A stretch of DNA of 62,648 bases, counting the filler, from Kipferlia bialata (taxonomy: Eukaryota), in NCBI GenBank assembly GCA_003568945.1. It is 7 parts of 5 records of this genome, joined end to end, with 100 filler letters (N's around TTAATTAATTAA, not from the genome) between each part and the next. Parts side by side here need not be neighbours in the genome. Positions count along the whole stretch, not along the records: positions 10,120 to 25,588 come from BDIP01000698.1; positions 25,689 to 30,169 come from BDIP01000699.1; 5 more parts are not named here. The stretch is one strand, 5' to 3'. Below the pieces are notes generated by a model, which did not search any database, was not told the DNA's origin, and saw nothing but the letters and a program-made list of their open reading frames with translations. Below are positions 13,178 to 27,098 of the stretch, in pieces (the stretch's first letter is position 1; every line of letters starts with the position of its first letter). Made by a program: the position numbers and the translations under genes.

Positions 13178-16100
13178 GCATAGATTCATAATATGGGGCT
13201 GATGGGCTGGGGCTCAGCTCTGGGATAAGTGTAAGAAGAACAATTCAACAGACGCAAACACACATACACACATATATATATACAAATATATCTACATATT
13301 CCCGAGATGTGGTGCTGATAGGATGGGGCTCAGCTCTAATGGTGAGGTAACACTATCAATCCGGGACCAGGAACTGCATATATGACATATGTAGACACTT
13401 CAACACATACCTCTCCCATGTTAACTGCCATGTGTTCATGCCACCGTGGGGGTCAGGCTCAGTCATCCTGGGGTCAGATATATAGAGACGATATACATAG
13501 AAAACAGTATATAACAGTATATATATAGTAGCCAGTAGTTTAGAATATATAGTATGTGAATGCGTCCATGGGGGTCTGGCTCAGTCATCCTGGGGGTCAG
13601 AGATCTGACCTATATATGTATGTATACAATATGTCATGTGTTACAATGTATATTATGTGTCATACAACTATTAAGTCACAATTGTAACTCTTAGCAGATA
13701 TTTATCACATCATTTGGACCGAATCGCGATATTGGGATATAAGTGTAAGTGTTCACGCTACACAAGTAAGGATAGTAATGACACTTTCGTACCTTGAGGA
13801 CAGGACTCCGTTACGAGGTGTCACCCTGGCCAGCTGGCCCTGAGAGTGAGATTAATACACTGTCCATTCACGTTTGTATATAGTATAGTAGTGAGAGGAA
13901 GGAGCCAAAGACAATTCGTGGGTAAAGTGGGAGAGTGAAAATGCACTAAAGGGCTAGAGCCAAATACATATTTATGTGTTTAGTGTATATGCGCTAGATG
14001 CGTTGCATACCCTAGTGAGTCCAGTGCTAATAGGTATCTCTGGCACATTGAGCACAGGGGGAGCCAGTGTATACTATATACATATAGAGTATACATCCAG
14101 TATATACATAGTATATATACTAACTCTCGTTAACCCTGTACTGATAGGTATCTCTGGCATATTGAGCACAGGTGCAGCAAGGCCATAATATACTATACTA
14201 TATATACTTTATACTATATACTATATAAAAGTGTATACCCGCGTTAACCCTGTACTGATAGGTATCTCTGGCACATTTAGCACAGGGGCAGCAAGGCCAT
14301 AATATACTATACAATATATACTCTATACTATATACTATATACATAGTACATACCCTTGTCAGTCCTGTGCTTATGGGTATCTCTGGCACATTGAGCACAG
14401 GTGCAGCAAGGGGCACAATGTAGTCAGCGGGGGAGTACCATCTGGGAATGAGTGTGTACACAAATCTATATATACGTATACATATATCATTGTAAGATAC
14501 TTCATTCATTGTGCTATTATAAGAATATGAAGAAAACTAATGTATGCACCAAAATAGAACACTACATGTGGTATTGAGCTAACCAAAGGTGGTATGTGGT
14601 CAGCTAGGCTACTTGTTCATACATATATCCTCGTGACAGTTGAAGTACAGTAGTATCTGCCGCAATTACAATAACACATACGAATATATAGAGTGACAAT
14701 AGCCATTACCTTACAAAGTCTATCAGCTTCGCCCGGGGGTTCGCAGCCTGAGGTTAGATTCTCTCGTACAGACTCATTCCAGATTCGCATTCGTTGTCGT
14801 ATCTGATACATACCCAATAATGCAAAAATAGTATGTTGAGAGAACTATAGCAACGTAATCCATACAACTCGATCTACTCATCTTCACGGTATCTCTGTAC
14901 CTTGAATGCCGACATGTCACTCTGCAACTGCCTGCCAAAATGGGTGTGCAGCCTAGGTGTCAAAATGTACACAACATTTACATACATATTCATACATGCA
15001 TAGGATCACAGAACGACGTGATGTTACACTGCTAAAGCGGGTATGTAACCTGGGGTTATAGAGGTAAGAAACAGCGACGGAGGGATAGAGAGTATTACCA
15101 GCATCCTAGTACCTTGCGTCCTGCAAGTCAAGCAGGTGATTCTCCCCAAGGCTACTCTCGCTCTCTGCCTCTCTACCCACACCTTGGTACTCATCTACCC
15201 CCTCTATACCATCTCCACCCTCTATCCCTGTCGTTGTATCTGAGTAGTCTCTGGGGTCTAGTGATGCATAGGGAGAGGCCATGGACGAGGGTACACTCTC
15301 CATATCTCGAGGATCAATGGAGGCGTAGGGGGAGGCCAGAGAGGATGAAATTCTTTCAGCCTCTCCAGTGGGGGCCATACTGGTACCAGTGACCTAAGAT
15401 AAGCCATATGATAAGAATAAGTCTTATTATGCTATCTAGCACAGGTAACAACATACTATGTGAGAGAGAGAGAGAGAGAGGGGACAAGTACCTCAGTCTT
15501 GCTCCTTCCTATCCCCACTCCCCCCTCTGGCCTCAGTGTCTCCCAGGGTACCACCCCACACGACTCCCTGGCACCTGGAGACACCACACTGTCCCCTACA
15601 CTCCTACCACCCCTACTGCGCATGCTCTCCCCTTTGGCGGACCAGCTTCTGATGCTGCTCTCTCTCTCTCTCTCTCCCTTGCTGGTACTGCCGTGCCTAC
15701 TTGCCCTGTCTCTCTGTGAATCCACTAGGTTCTGGATCTCTCTGATCCTGGGGGTGAGTGTCAACACTATGATATGTATACAAATATATGCTCTAACTGA
15801 GCATTAATATCTTTTCAATCTGTACCCTTATACTCACTTCAGCAGGGATGACTCGACTTGGTCCTCGGTGGTGTTGGGTGCTGTGAAGCAGTACGGCACA
15901 CATATGGGCTCATTACAATCCACACACAGCAAGGGTAGTACCATCCTGACACCCCTGGGCTGTCTCACAACCACACTATCTCTTTCCCTGTCCCTCTCAG
16001 GTGTCTGCAGTGGGTGGTTATTCACGTACTCACCCCCACCGACACTGGGGGAGAGTATAGAGTGCAGCGAGTAGTCCTCACTGCTCCGTGTAGCTGGTAT

Positions 16101-18038
16101 CTCGAACCGCGTAGTATGGACAGCAGGGCTAGCGGCAGTGGAAACGGCTGGAGAGGCCGCGTAGGCCCCCAAGCTCCCACTCATTCCCTCTATGCTCTCT
16201 AAGGGGCAGGGTGTAGGGACACCAGGGGAGAGAGTAGCGGCGCTATAGGGGGAGAGAGAGGCTCCGTTGTAGGAGGAGTCTGGGGATACACTCTGTCCAT
16301 AAACTAGGTCGGTCATGGATATGCCACCTCCTCTACCCATGGTTGATAGTTCTCTCTCCCTCTCTCGCTGTCTCTCTCTCTCCCTCTCCTCTCCGTACCG
16401 CTCTGCAGCACTCTCTCTGGCTATGCGCTCTCTCTCCTCCTTGCCTCTCTCAGCCGTGAAGAAAGTGTCTGGGGTTAAGGGTGTAGGAAGAGAGAGAGAG
16501 AGAGTGAAGACCGTGTCTGGGGTTAAGGGTGGAGAGAGAGAGAGAGAGACAGTGAGTGAAGAACGAGTCTGGGTATATGCGTGGAGAGAGAGAGAGAGAG
16601 ACGAAGAGGGAGAGAGAGTACCTGTGTATTGCTCTACGGGCATGACCAGGTCCGCACTCTCACTGGACTCACTCTGCTCCAGGATGTCGGACAGCACAGA
16701 GTTGGAGGCTGGTATGAGGATAGGTAAGTACGGGGTAAGGATAACACAGAGGGTAAGCTATAATGTGTACTCTATTAATATTAACTCACTCTGCTCCAGG
16801 ATATCAGAGAGGACACAGAAGCTTTGGTTACGGTCTAATAGGAGAAGACCGAGTATCTTCAACGACGTTACCTGTAGCCCTGCTGCCGACACTCTCCCTC
16901 CTAAACGAGGACGCACTGCTACGTCTGATGGTAAGTGCAGATGCATACCACATACTATATACTCATCTGTGCTCACTCGACCACAGTATGTACTCTAACA
17001 CTGTCTATGTATAAGTAGCAGTCTCACACTCATTAATGATACATACTGTATACTCATATGTGTTATCGTGTATTTCTATACCTTGTTACTCTAGCACTCT
17101 CCGTGTGGTCTGGCACCGGTAGGGAGTGTGCCTCATACAGGGAAAGAGACCCTCTTCTATACACAGACACATCCCTGTTGTTAAGATATTATCTCATAAG
17201 GTATAGTAGGAACAGTGGACATCTAATAGTATCTGATGGAGTGACAGACTGCCCCTTCTATACACAGACACATCCCTGGAATCATCTATGGAATCAATCT
17301 TTCAATCAATTAGGAAATTACGTCATATACACAGACACGTCCCTGTTGTTAAGAGAAAACTAGGAAGTACAAGACTAATAGTCCACATCGCCTCTGTTGC
17401 TACCAGCACTCATTTCTAAAGCACACATATTCTGTGAGTCCCGTGACCTGTCCCATCTGGACTCACTATACACACATATGTATANNNNNNNNNNNNNNNN
17501 NNNNNNNNNNNNNNNNNNNNNNNNNNNNNNNNNNNNNNNNNNNNNNNNNNNNNNNNNNNNNNNNATGTATATGTATATATATACCTGTTCTGGGAGTCCC
17601 GTGACCTGTCCCATCTGGATGCCTCACTTCTGCGTCTGCCCCGGGTGACATCCTTCTGTCTGGTTCTGTAGGGTGAGAAATTCGTACTGATATATAAGTA
17701 TATGTATGCATACTTTGTAGGAAGAGTGATTGAGATCTGGTCCCATAGGGTGAGAAACGGAACAATATACATATATATGCATATGTATGTATGCATACTC
17801 TGTAGGAAGACTGAGAGAGAGAGAGAAACTTCTCTCTGGTCCTGAAGGGTGAGATGAAAGTACACTAATCATACACTACTATGGATATATAGAGAAGTAT
17901 ATACGGGTTATGGGTGTATACATGCGTGTATACGTACCTCCCACTCCACGGACATGGGAAGTGTCATACTGATATAAATACGCATATATATGTGTATTAC
18001 TATGTATATATGCGTATATATATGTATATTTATATATG

Positions 18039-18069
<31 letters not shown>

Positions 18070-18559
18070 ATTACTATGTACCTACCACTCCACGGGCACG
18101 GCTCACCGGCCTCCAGCATTGCCTGAGTGTTAGTATACACAAACAGAAATTTATACCTATAAGTACATGTATATGCGAAGTATAGGGTGAGGTAAGGCCT
18201 CAAGTAGGGGCCTAGAAGCTGTGATGTCTCTTTGTATTTGTAACGAGAGTATGAAATTGAATGTATACAAAGGCTCAATACGTCAATATACCATTTACAT
18301 ATGGAGAGTAGAGTAAAGTGGAATATACCTGCACCCCTGGTGGCACACTGGCCATGGGCTGGTCCTTCTTGTTGACTTGACTAGAACCCTGGTATTAGAA
18401 GAATGCGCCTCTAACACAGATGTCTTGACTATATTAGTATGCGTATATGTATACTATTATATATTGTAATATATGCATACCTGAGCCGGTGTCCCCACCA
18501 TGCAGTCTGTGTCGGCAGAGGGGACATAGAGAAGGGCCTGGAGTAAGCAACATATATCG

Positions 18560-18592
<33 letters not shown>

Positions 18593-19469
18593 TACATAGA
18601 GGAGGGCCTGGGGTTACCACAAGCAACACACGAGAGAATGAGAGGGAGAGACACTTCATGAGAGATGTATTCATCATCTGCTTCTCTTTGTCTCTCCCTG
18701 ACTACATTGAACAACAGTGGACTTCTGTTAACAGTATAGTACAATACATACCTGGTTAAGCACCGCCAGCTTCTGGTACAGCAGGTGCTGGTGGGGGCCA
18801 AAGGTAGTGCCTGAGAGGTAAGACATGGAAGAGGTACAATTTGTAGGTATTCTACCCGAAGTAGTGCAAATAGTGAATCCATTACCTATGTATATATGTA
18901 CATATATATGTATATATGGATCCATTACCTATGTATGGAATGAGTCGCCTCTTCTGCCAGTAGAGAGAAATAACAATCCAAGCAAGGATAGAGAGGAAGA
19001 ATGATGATACTTCAGGGTACACTATAGTGCAATGAATCCAGTGCAGCGCCTGGTACCTATATATGGAATGAGTCGCCTCTTCTGCCAGTACGTATGTACA
19101 TATATAGAACTATATATATATAATCAATATAATTATATATGTACATATATAATACCCAGGTCCAAAGGAAGTGCCTATGTATGGAATGAGGCGCCTCTTC
19201 TGCCAGTACAAGTATATGTGAAGTATATATGTAAATATATAGAAACAGAGACGTTACAGAAATGAATCATTATATGGAATGAAAAGAAATGACGTCTGTA
19301 TAGTTGATTGAGACTGTTACCTACGTATGGAATGAGTCGCCTCTTCTGCCAGTACTAGGAAGAATGATAATAATAATAATAATACTTCAGGATACACTAT
19401 AGTGCAATGAATCCAGTGCAGCGCCTAGTACCTATATATGGAATGAGTCGCCTCTTCTGCCAGTACGAC

Positions 19470-19520
<51 letters not shown>

Positions 19521-22500
19521 TACATATATGTGTGTATTACTAGTATTGCAAAGCGTGCATCCACTACCTATGTATGGAATGAGTCGCCTCTTCTGCCAGT
19601 ACTCAGCTATCCTCATGGTGAAGAGAGAGAAGAGACCTGGGGTTAGATGTGAAAGACTCGGCTATCCTCATGGTGAAGAGGGAGAAGAGACCTGGTGTGA
19701 GCATTGGAGACAACAACACTTCTGCTACTGTGAGGCGATTGCACATACCCTTAACCTACTGGCCGGAGTCCCTGACACCCCTTGACCAGTCTGCATACAT
19801 TCAAATGCACATAAATATATACTTACATCTCTCCAGTAGTTATAGGGTAACATTCTAGTATATTGCCTGTTCTCACCTTTTACTTCTGCCGGTCTGAGTC
19901 CCTGACACACCTTGACCAATCTGCATATATATATATATGCACACAATACAAATACTTCATATTATCCGTATGTATATACAGTGTTGCATACCCTTGACTT
20001 CTGCCGGTCTGAGTCCCTGACACCCCTTGACCAGTCTGCACACCAGGCACTGCCTGGGACAGGACTTGAGCCTACAGTCAAGTTGCTTCCAAACATGAAT
20101 ATATGCGTGGATATTACTACATGCATGTATTGATGTATATGAAATATCTCACCTCATGCTCTCCTGTTCTGCCCCCTTCCTGCCCCTCTCCTTCTCCCAG
20201 GCTGGGATGTCACTCTCGGACATGACTGAGGGTGAGAATGGTATAATATATACAACAGATAATGATCAATTCAGTATCTTCGGAAGAACAGTATTCTTAG
20301 AACATCGTCCTCACATACCTGTCTCTATGGCCTGTCTGACATTGGGTGTGATGTCACTATCAATCTATATCCCTAGTCTATTATACATTAGAATACATGA
20401 ACCATATGTATATATATATATATATACACTCAATATACCTGTCTCTATGGCCTGTCTGACATTGGATGTGATGTCACTATCACTCTATATCCTTCGTGTA
20501 TAATACATTAGTATACATGAACTATATTTATATATAAATATCCACTCAATATACCTGTCTCTATGGCCTGTCTGACACTGGGTGTGATGTCACTATCACT
20601 ACATATACTACGTATACACTGGGTGTGAACTACTCCATATATACTCTATACCTGTCTCTATGGCCTGTCTGACATTGGGTGTGATGTCACTATCACCAGG
20701 AGGGGTGTGCATACAGGTCACAATGGTTCGTAACACCTACAATTAGATGTAGTGTAGTATACTAAGTATAGAAAGAGACATAGAAATGCCTCAACAATAC
20801 AATAACACAGATAAGAAATGCATATATATGCCCAGGTGGATACAACAAGTGACATGGTACGCAGAACCTATGGGTGGTGTAGAGAGATATACTCACAAAC
20901 AAGTATATATGTAGACACTGTAGATACTCTTGTGTATATATACCTGTGACACCCTGTACACAGTGGGCTGGGGCACATACTAATGTATAAATATACATAT
21001 ATAACATGTACTATTACTGTACAATATATACAATTACATACAAATACATATATAAATACATATATACATACACATACCTGTGACACCCTGTACACTGTGG
21101 GCTGGGGCACATACCAGATGCGCCAGTCCTGAGATAAGAAAGGTAGAGTCAGAAGATAAGAAAGGAAGGAGAGGAGGTATGACGAGAGTTATTGACGAAG
21201 CAGTCCACATATATATAGGAGATACTTCTGCTGGTACATACCGGCGCCTCATGGACGTTCAGACCCTCCGTAAGGGTGCCTTGAAGTAAGACTGCTGAGA
21301 GAGAGAATGAAAGAGAGAGCGTACCAAATATGGACATCTTCCAGCAGACACTGCATCCAGCCCTTAGAGGTGACTATTGTGGATATTTACACATGTGTGT
21401 ACACTATACAACACACCTGACGGGCACAGTGGGAACACTTTAGTATATATAAACTGATGGAACTGATGGGCACGGTAAGAAGTGTAATATATACATATAA
21501 ATATATATATAATTTACACCTGACGGGCATGGTGGGAATGCCACTGCCAGACAGAGTGATCCAGCTGGAGACACAGAGGCACCCAGGGGGCATAGAGGGG
21601 AGGGTGGCTAGGTATGAGAACACTAACTACTTGGAGACTGACAGACACTACCTATGTGTCTCGAATGGTATATATAGACACAAGCATACATATATACATG
21701 GATACCTGCTGCATTGGGAAAGGTGTCTCAAAGAGCATTGAGCATGCCTCCACAACCCCACCTGTAAGGGCACCAGCCCTGGAGTTAGTATACANNNCAT
21801 GCCTCCACAACCCCACCTGTAAGGGCACCAGCCCTGGAGTTAGTATACATTCACTATACATATATACATATACATTGAGAGAGATAGAAATTGATATATA
21901 GTATACGAATATGTATATATATATATGCACAGAGCATGCCTCCACAACACCCCCAGTCAGGGCACCAGCACTGGAGTTAGTACAGAGTCCATACTCGCAA
22001 TATACATATATGAAACTACCGTCCAATAATCACCCTAGATGCGGCACCTACCTGGGAATGTATACATACCACTAATAATATTAATAGTTCTAATGTATTC
22101 ACATATACAACTTATACCATACCCTAAGTGTGGCATGACCCTGGGTATGTCCCTCCTGACCAAGGGGACAGACAGGGTGGGGTGGGTGTCTATCACCTAG
22201 TGTGAGGAACCAGATATATATACACAAATTTATAGATATACACACAGTTGAGCACTCAACGAGAAAGAGACTCTAAGGGTATTGAGTAGTACTCTGTACC
22301 TTGTGTCTGTAAGATGCCGCGTAGGACTGGCCATAGAGCAGCTGGGTGCCTGGGGGTAGAGCTATACACGTAAACATATGCGTGTGTGTCAATACCGCTA
22401 TAGACAATGTAGAGTAGATGGGGCAATTGCATACACATATACTACACTTATACCTATGAATCTATAGAAATGTGAACATGCAATTTCTAAATACACTACG

Positions 22501-23306
22501 TTACATAAACCTTTGAACTCTACCCCTGCTGGTCCACCACCCCTGCCACAGACCATGAGGTAAATGTATATTGTATAATGCATATATATATACACAATGC
22601 AATATCCTATATATATAGGTATTTGGTATACATACCTTTGAACTCCACCCCTACTGGTCCCCCTCCCCTCCCACAGACTATGAGGGGCAAAGAGAGTGGG
22701 GCAACGACCTGACGTTAGAAAATGAAAAGTGCATGTCGAGTCACACATCTATACATATTGTGAATTACTATACGAGAATCCACCGGAGGGTAGATGTGTA
22801 CCTTCACACTATTGCTGTCTCCAGGTGTACCAGTGACTGATATCCCAGGGCTCTTCACTGGTGTCCCCCACTCCCTCTGCCACCCACCGCCACCTCTCTC
22901 CCTCGCATCAACCTCTCTGCCTGCACCCTCGGCAGACCTGGGAGATTAGGGTATATACATATATATGAATATTAGTATATATATATATATATACACTATA
23001 TATTAATTCACACACACATATATGGGCTTGGGATATCTCTACCTCTACCTGCACCCACAGCAGACCTGGAGGTAAGACACTATATATATGTATAGGGGCT
23101 TGACACACAATACGACTCATGGAGTCCTGTTGAATGTATAAGAAAGGAATCTTACCTCTCCATCAATGTGGCCAGGGACAGTGACTCTGGGTGTGACAGG
23201 GAGTGGCTCAACAACCTATGCAGAGAGACAGCTGCTTCGGAGAGGGCTGGGGTTAGAGAGGGTATATATATTCATACAGTTAGAGAGACAGAGAGAGAGA
23301 GACAGA

Positions 23307-23355
<49 letters not shown>

Positions 23356-23605
23356 TGATCCAACAGTCTGTGCAAGGAGACAGCTGCCTCAGATAGGGCT
23401 GGAGTGAGGACAGAGAGATGTGCGTATTGACTACACTAACTGCCGACAGGGACAGTAAACATTCATACATTACAAACATATACATATATTACCATCTATA
23501 TATATATGATTATCTATAATACATAGAATATCATATTGTATCTATATAACCATTTGTATATACCTGCCAGCAGTGATGGTAGCAGTGCTGACCCTGGCAT
23601 AGTGG

Positions 23606-23643
<38 letters not shown>

Positions 23644-24563
23644 TATATACAATATATAGATCTATAATTATACAATATAATTATACATAGTGATGTTACT
23701 TGTGCATACCTGCCAGCAGTGATGGTAGCAGTGCTGACCCCGGCATAGTGGTTGGTATCTGGGTGTGCGTGTACTCCCATGGAAGGGTGTCAGCCTGTGG
23801 TATAAGAGAGAGAGAGAGAGAGAGAGGCAGGGGGAGAGAGAGAGAGAGAGAGAGAGATAGAGCGTGTACTCCCATGGTAGGGTGTCAGCCTGAGAATTAG
23901 GTAGATGGTGAGAGATATCTAAGAATAATGGTAGGGTGTCAGCCTATGACATCAGTGAGAGAGAGTGAGAGAGAGTGAGAGAGAGAGAGAGAACCAACAC
24001 TCATCACCCGTGTCAGAACGACAGCCAATGACTAAATAATGAGAGAAAGAAGACATATAATAGAAATACTACAGATGGAGATTAGGAATGGAGGGGGGGT
24101 GAAAGTGTGTGTGATATATTCAGAGAGAGATACGTACCGCAGATGGGGAGGGAGCGCCACCGGCTAGCACTCTTGTGTCGGGGACCAATAGAAGTGCGCC
24201 TGGGGTTAATGATCACGGGGGATCTAGTGAGAGTGGAACTGTACCTGTAATGCCCAATAGCAACAGAGGCATGACTGCACCCTATGTCGTATGCAAAAAT
24301 GTAAGTATATACATGTATATGTATATATATATATACTCTACCTGTGATACTTAGCAGTAGCAGTGGCATGACTGCTGGGACTGCACCATCAGACGTATGC
24401 ATATATATATTATTACAGATATATATATACACATATGCATGTATATATACTATATAAACCTGTGATACTTAGCAGTAGCAGTGGCATGACTGCTGGGACT
24501 GCACCCTCCGTGAGTACAGGGGAGTGGGGGAAGCGCATCTGGAGTTAGTTAATAATGTATACA

Positions 24564-24602
<39 letters not shown>

Positions 24603-25400
24603 GTATATATGAAGAGAGAGTGAGAGGGATACCCTCTGTCAGCACAGGGGAGTGGGGGAAGCGCATCTAGAGTTAGATTCAAATAGGAGAGAGGTCTCAA
24701 TTGTTTCGGAACGAGAGAGAGAAGTACAGGGGAGAGGGGGAAGCGCATCTGGAGGGTTACAGTTGGAGAGACATGGAACGGAATATAGGGATCCATACAC
24801 TAATATATATCCCCTGGTCCCTCTCTCTGCCCCTATCTATATGTGTGTATGTGAGTATATTGTACTCACCTGTCCACTTGACAGTGCTGCTGTAGGCGAC
24901 AGTGGGTACTGGACGACAGAGAGAGATGGGGGCACAATCACTCTCTCCCCCTCACTATCTAGATCATGTCCCTCATGTGCTGCAGACACAGAGGATATGG
25001 AGTGACATATACCCAACCCCCCGTGGGAGAGAGAGGAGTCATCCTCAGAGACTGACGGCAGCACATGCACAGAGTCTCTCTCTCCCTCCTCACCCTCCTC
25101 CTCTCTCTCTACATCTACGGATACAAGAGTGTCAGCAAGTGACCCCCCATCTCCCTCCCCCTCTCCCTCCCTATAGAATGCATCGTCAGTAGATGATGAT
25201 ATCTCACCGGCCTCCTGCCGCTGTCTCTCTCTCTCCCTCTCCCTATACAAATCCTGACGTAAGCAAAGGGAATGACCATCAAATAGTATATCTTGCGCCA
25301 TCATATGTCAGAAAACAGACAATGGATAGTACCTGGTATGTGCTCTGCAATGAACACCGCCTCACATCAGTCCCAGGGGGGAGGGCGGCAGTCTTGCCAG
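10566..25400 (-). CDS. RAB3GAP1: Rab3 GTPase-activating protein catalytic subunit (multi-exon, 5' partial)
   Basis: Spliced motifs MRIAEYWQKRRLIP, HLLYQKLAVLNQ, EPICVP...TTEDQVE, LQSDMSAFK-AANPRAKLIDFVR-WYSPADY, GVLSSRM...NTWQLTWERAEPQPISTQEPLF and PHRIY match the Rab3GAP1 signature SDMxxFKAANP...DFVRWYSPxD. Stop TAG at 10566-10568. Confidence 0.85.
14008..14441 (-). repeat. Functional exon (14354-14441) plus three downstream exon-3'/donor echoes
   Basis: The segment coding LAAPVLNVPEIPISTGLTR, followed by GT, recurs at about 14239-14295, 14125-14181 and 14011-14067. Confidence 0.9.
18882..19693 (-). repeat. Array of exon-end echoes around the exon SLFTMRIAEYWQKRRLIPYIG
   Basis: tacctatgtatggaatgagtcgcctcttctgccagta (or close variants) occurs at about 18926, 19053, 19173, 19318, 19428 and 19565 (real exon). 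An acceptor-side copy lies at about 19656-19693. Confidence 0.9.
20317..20737 (-). repeat. Three donor-side echoes of the exon ending DSDITPNVRQAIET
   Basis: tacctgtctctatggcctgtctgacattgggtgtgatgtcactatca occurs at about 20317, 20436, 20552 and 20649 (real exon). Confidence 0.9.
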
Positions 25401-25588
25401 CTAGTATTAGTATACCTTAGTATGCCTTGAATGACATATATCTATAATACAATATACATGTAGTATATACATTCAGTCCCAGTGGGGAGGGCAGCAGTCT
25501 TACCGGCTGGGATAAGTACCTTGTATCTTGTATATATGACAACCAGTCTTACCCCCCCCCCCCCCCCCCCCCCCCACACACCCACCCC

Positions 25589-25688
25589 NNNNNNNNNNNN
25601 NNNNNNNNNNNNNNNNNNNNNNNNNNNNNNNNTTAATTAATTAANNNNNNNNNNNNNNNNNNNNNNNNNNNNNNNNNNNNNNNNNNNN
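25589..25688. other. Artificial contig spacer
   Basis: N-run with TTAATTAATTAA. Confidence 0.97.
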
Positions 25689-25742
<54 letters not shown>

Positions 25743-26037
25743 CAATACCTGCCACTTGTAGAGGTTGACCCGGGAGTACGGGGATATATACATGTATATA
25801 GGTATATATACATGTATGTATATGTAAATGCGTACATATGTATATACACCTAATTACCTGCCAGTTGTAGAGGTTAAGCTGGGGTACGAGGATATATACT
25901 TGTGTATAAGTAGATCTATGCATATGTATATGCGTACATACGTATATATGCCGTATAACCTGCCAGTTGTTGAGGTCAGATAGATATATATATCTATATA
26001 TGTGTGTGGGTGTCTATATATGAATATACCCCAATAC

Positions 26038-26122
26038 CTGCCAGTTGTAGAGGTTGATCCGGGAGTAAGGAGAGTAGCCGCACTTTTGCATGCAGTCCAT
26101 AGCCACCCAGTCGCCATCTGGG

Positions 26123-26156
<34 letters not shown>

Positions 26157-27098
26157 AGTCATAAGGAAACCAGTAGCCAATGAACGGCAGAGAGAGGGAG
26201 AGCGACGTATCAGCTATAGAGTGATACATCAGACTGATAGAGACTCCATCAGCGGGGAAGAGGAAAGAATATCTTTAAGATATGCTACTACATTCGGGTG
26301 AGACAGAGAGAGAGAGAGAGACGTACCGATGGCAGCTGTGTGGCCAAAGCGGTATGTGCTGGTGTCCGATATGTCGAGGTCAGAGTGGTAGTCGAACTGA
26401 CATGAGGGGGGGGGGAGGGGAGAGAGAGAGTGAGAGAGAGAGAGTTATTGGGAACGAGATACATAGAGAGACACATCAACCGATACCTCAAACTCGCGAC
26501 GGTCTGCCCTTTGGTACATGTACCCAGCTCCTAGGGTAAGAGTAAGAGAGAGAGAGTGGTCATGCATATATATATTTCCACATATACACATGTATGTTCT
26601 GCCCTTTGGTACCCAGTAGGGTAAAGAGAGGTCAGAGAGTGGCCATATTCAGGCCACATATATACACATACATATCCACATATGCATGTCATACATGCAC
26701 CCAGCTCATAACGTGGGGAGGGAGTGTAGTGGAGGACGCTGAATGCAAGTATAGGAGACAGAGGCAGGGTGTACGGAGCGAGAGAGGGAGAACCCATACC
26801 ATTGACGTATCAGTATCAGTATCAGTATACTGATACACATACCGTTGACGTTATTGGCATACGGGGCCGTGATGACTGCCCAGTCTCCACTGACACCCAC
26901 AACATACCCAAAGGCAGAGTCAGAGACTGCAGTGAGAGGGAGACGGTAGCTGAGTGCCAAAATGAGAGAGAGAAACCGATAATCCAAATTGTATATCACT
27001 TGGCCCTCACCATTCTCCGGGTGGGTGATGTTGTAGGACCATGTGCTACACAAGGCCAGGGACACACAGCACAGCACAATAAGGGCGGGATGCATCAC
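26038..27098 (-). CDS. Secreted FG-GAP/integrin-alpha-like repeat protein (3' partial)
   Basis: Signal peptide MMHPALIVLCCVSLALCS. Repeats are DSAFGYVVGVSGDWAVITAPYANNVNG-AGYMYQR and YRFGHTAAI-DGDWVAM. Confidence 0.7.

Noticed and set aside
18926..19602. CRISPR-like look of ~37-nt repeats separated by unique spacers (also at 20317-20700 and 46155-46558)
   Set aside because: The repeats are copies of adjacent exon ends, spacing is irregular, there are no cas genes and the context is eukaryotic.
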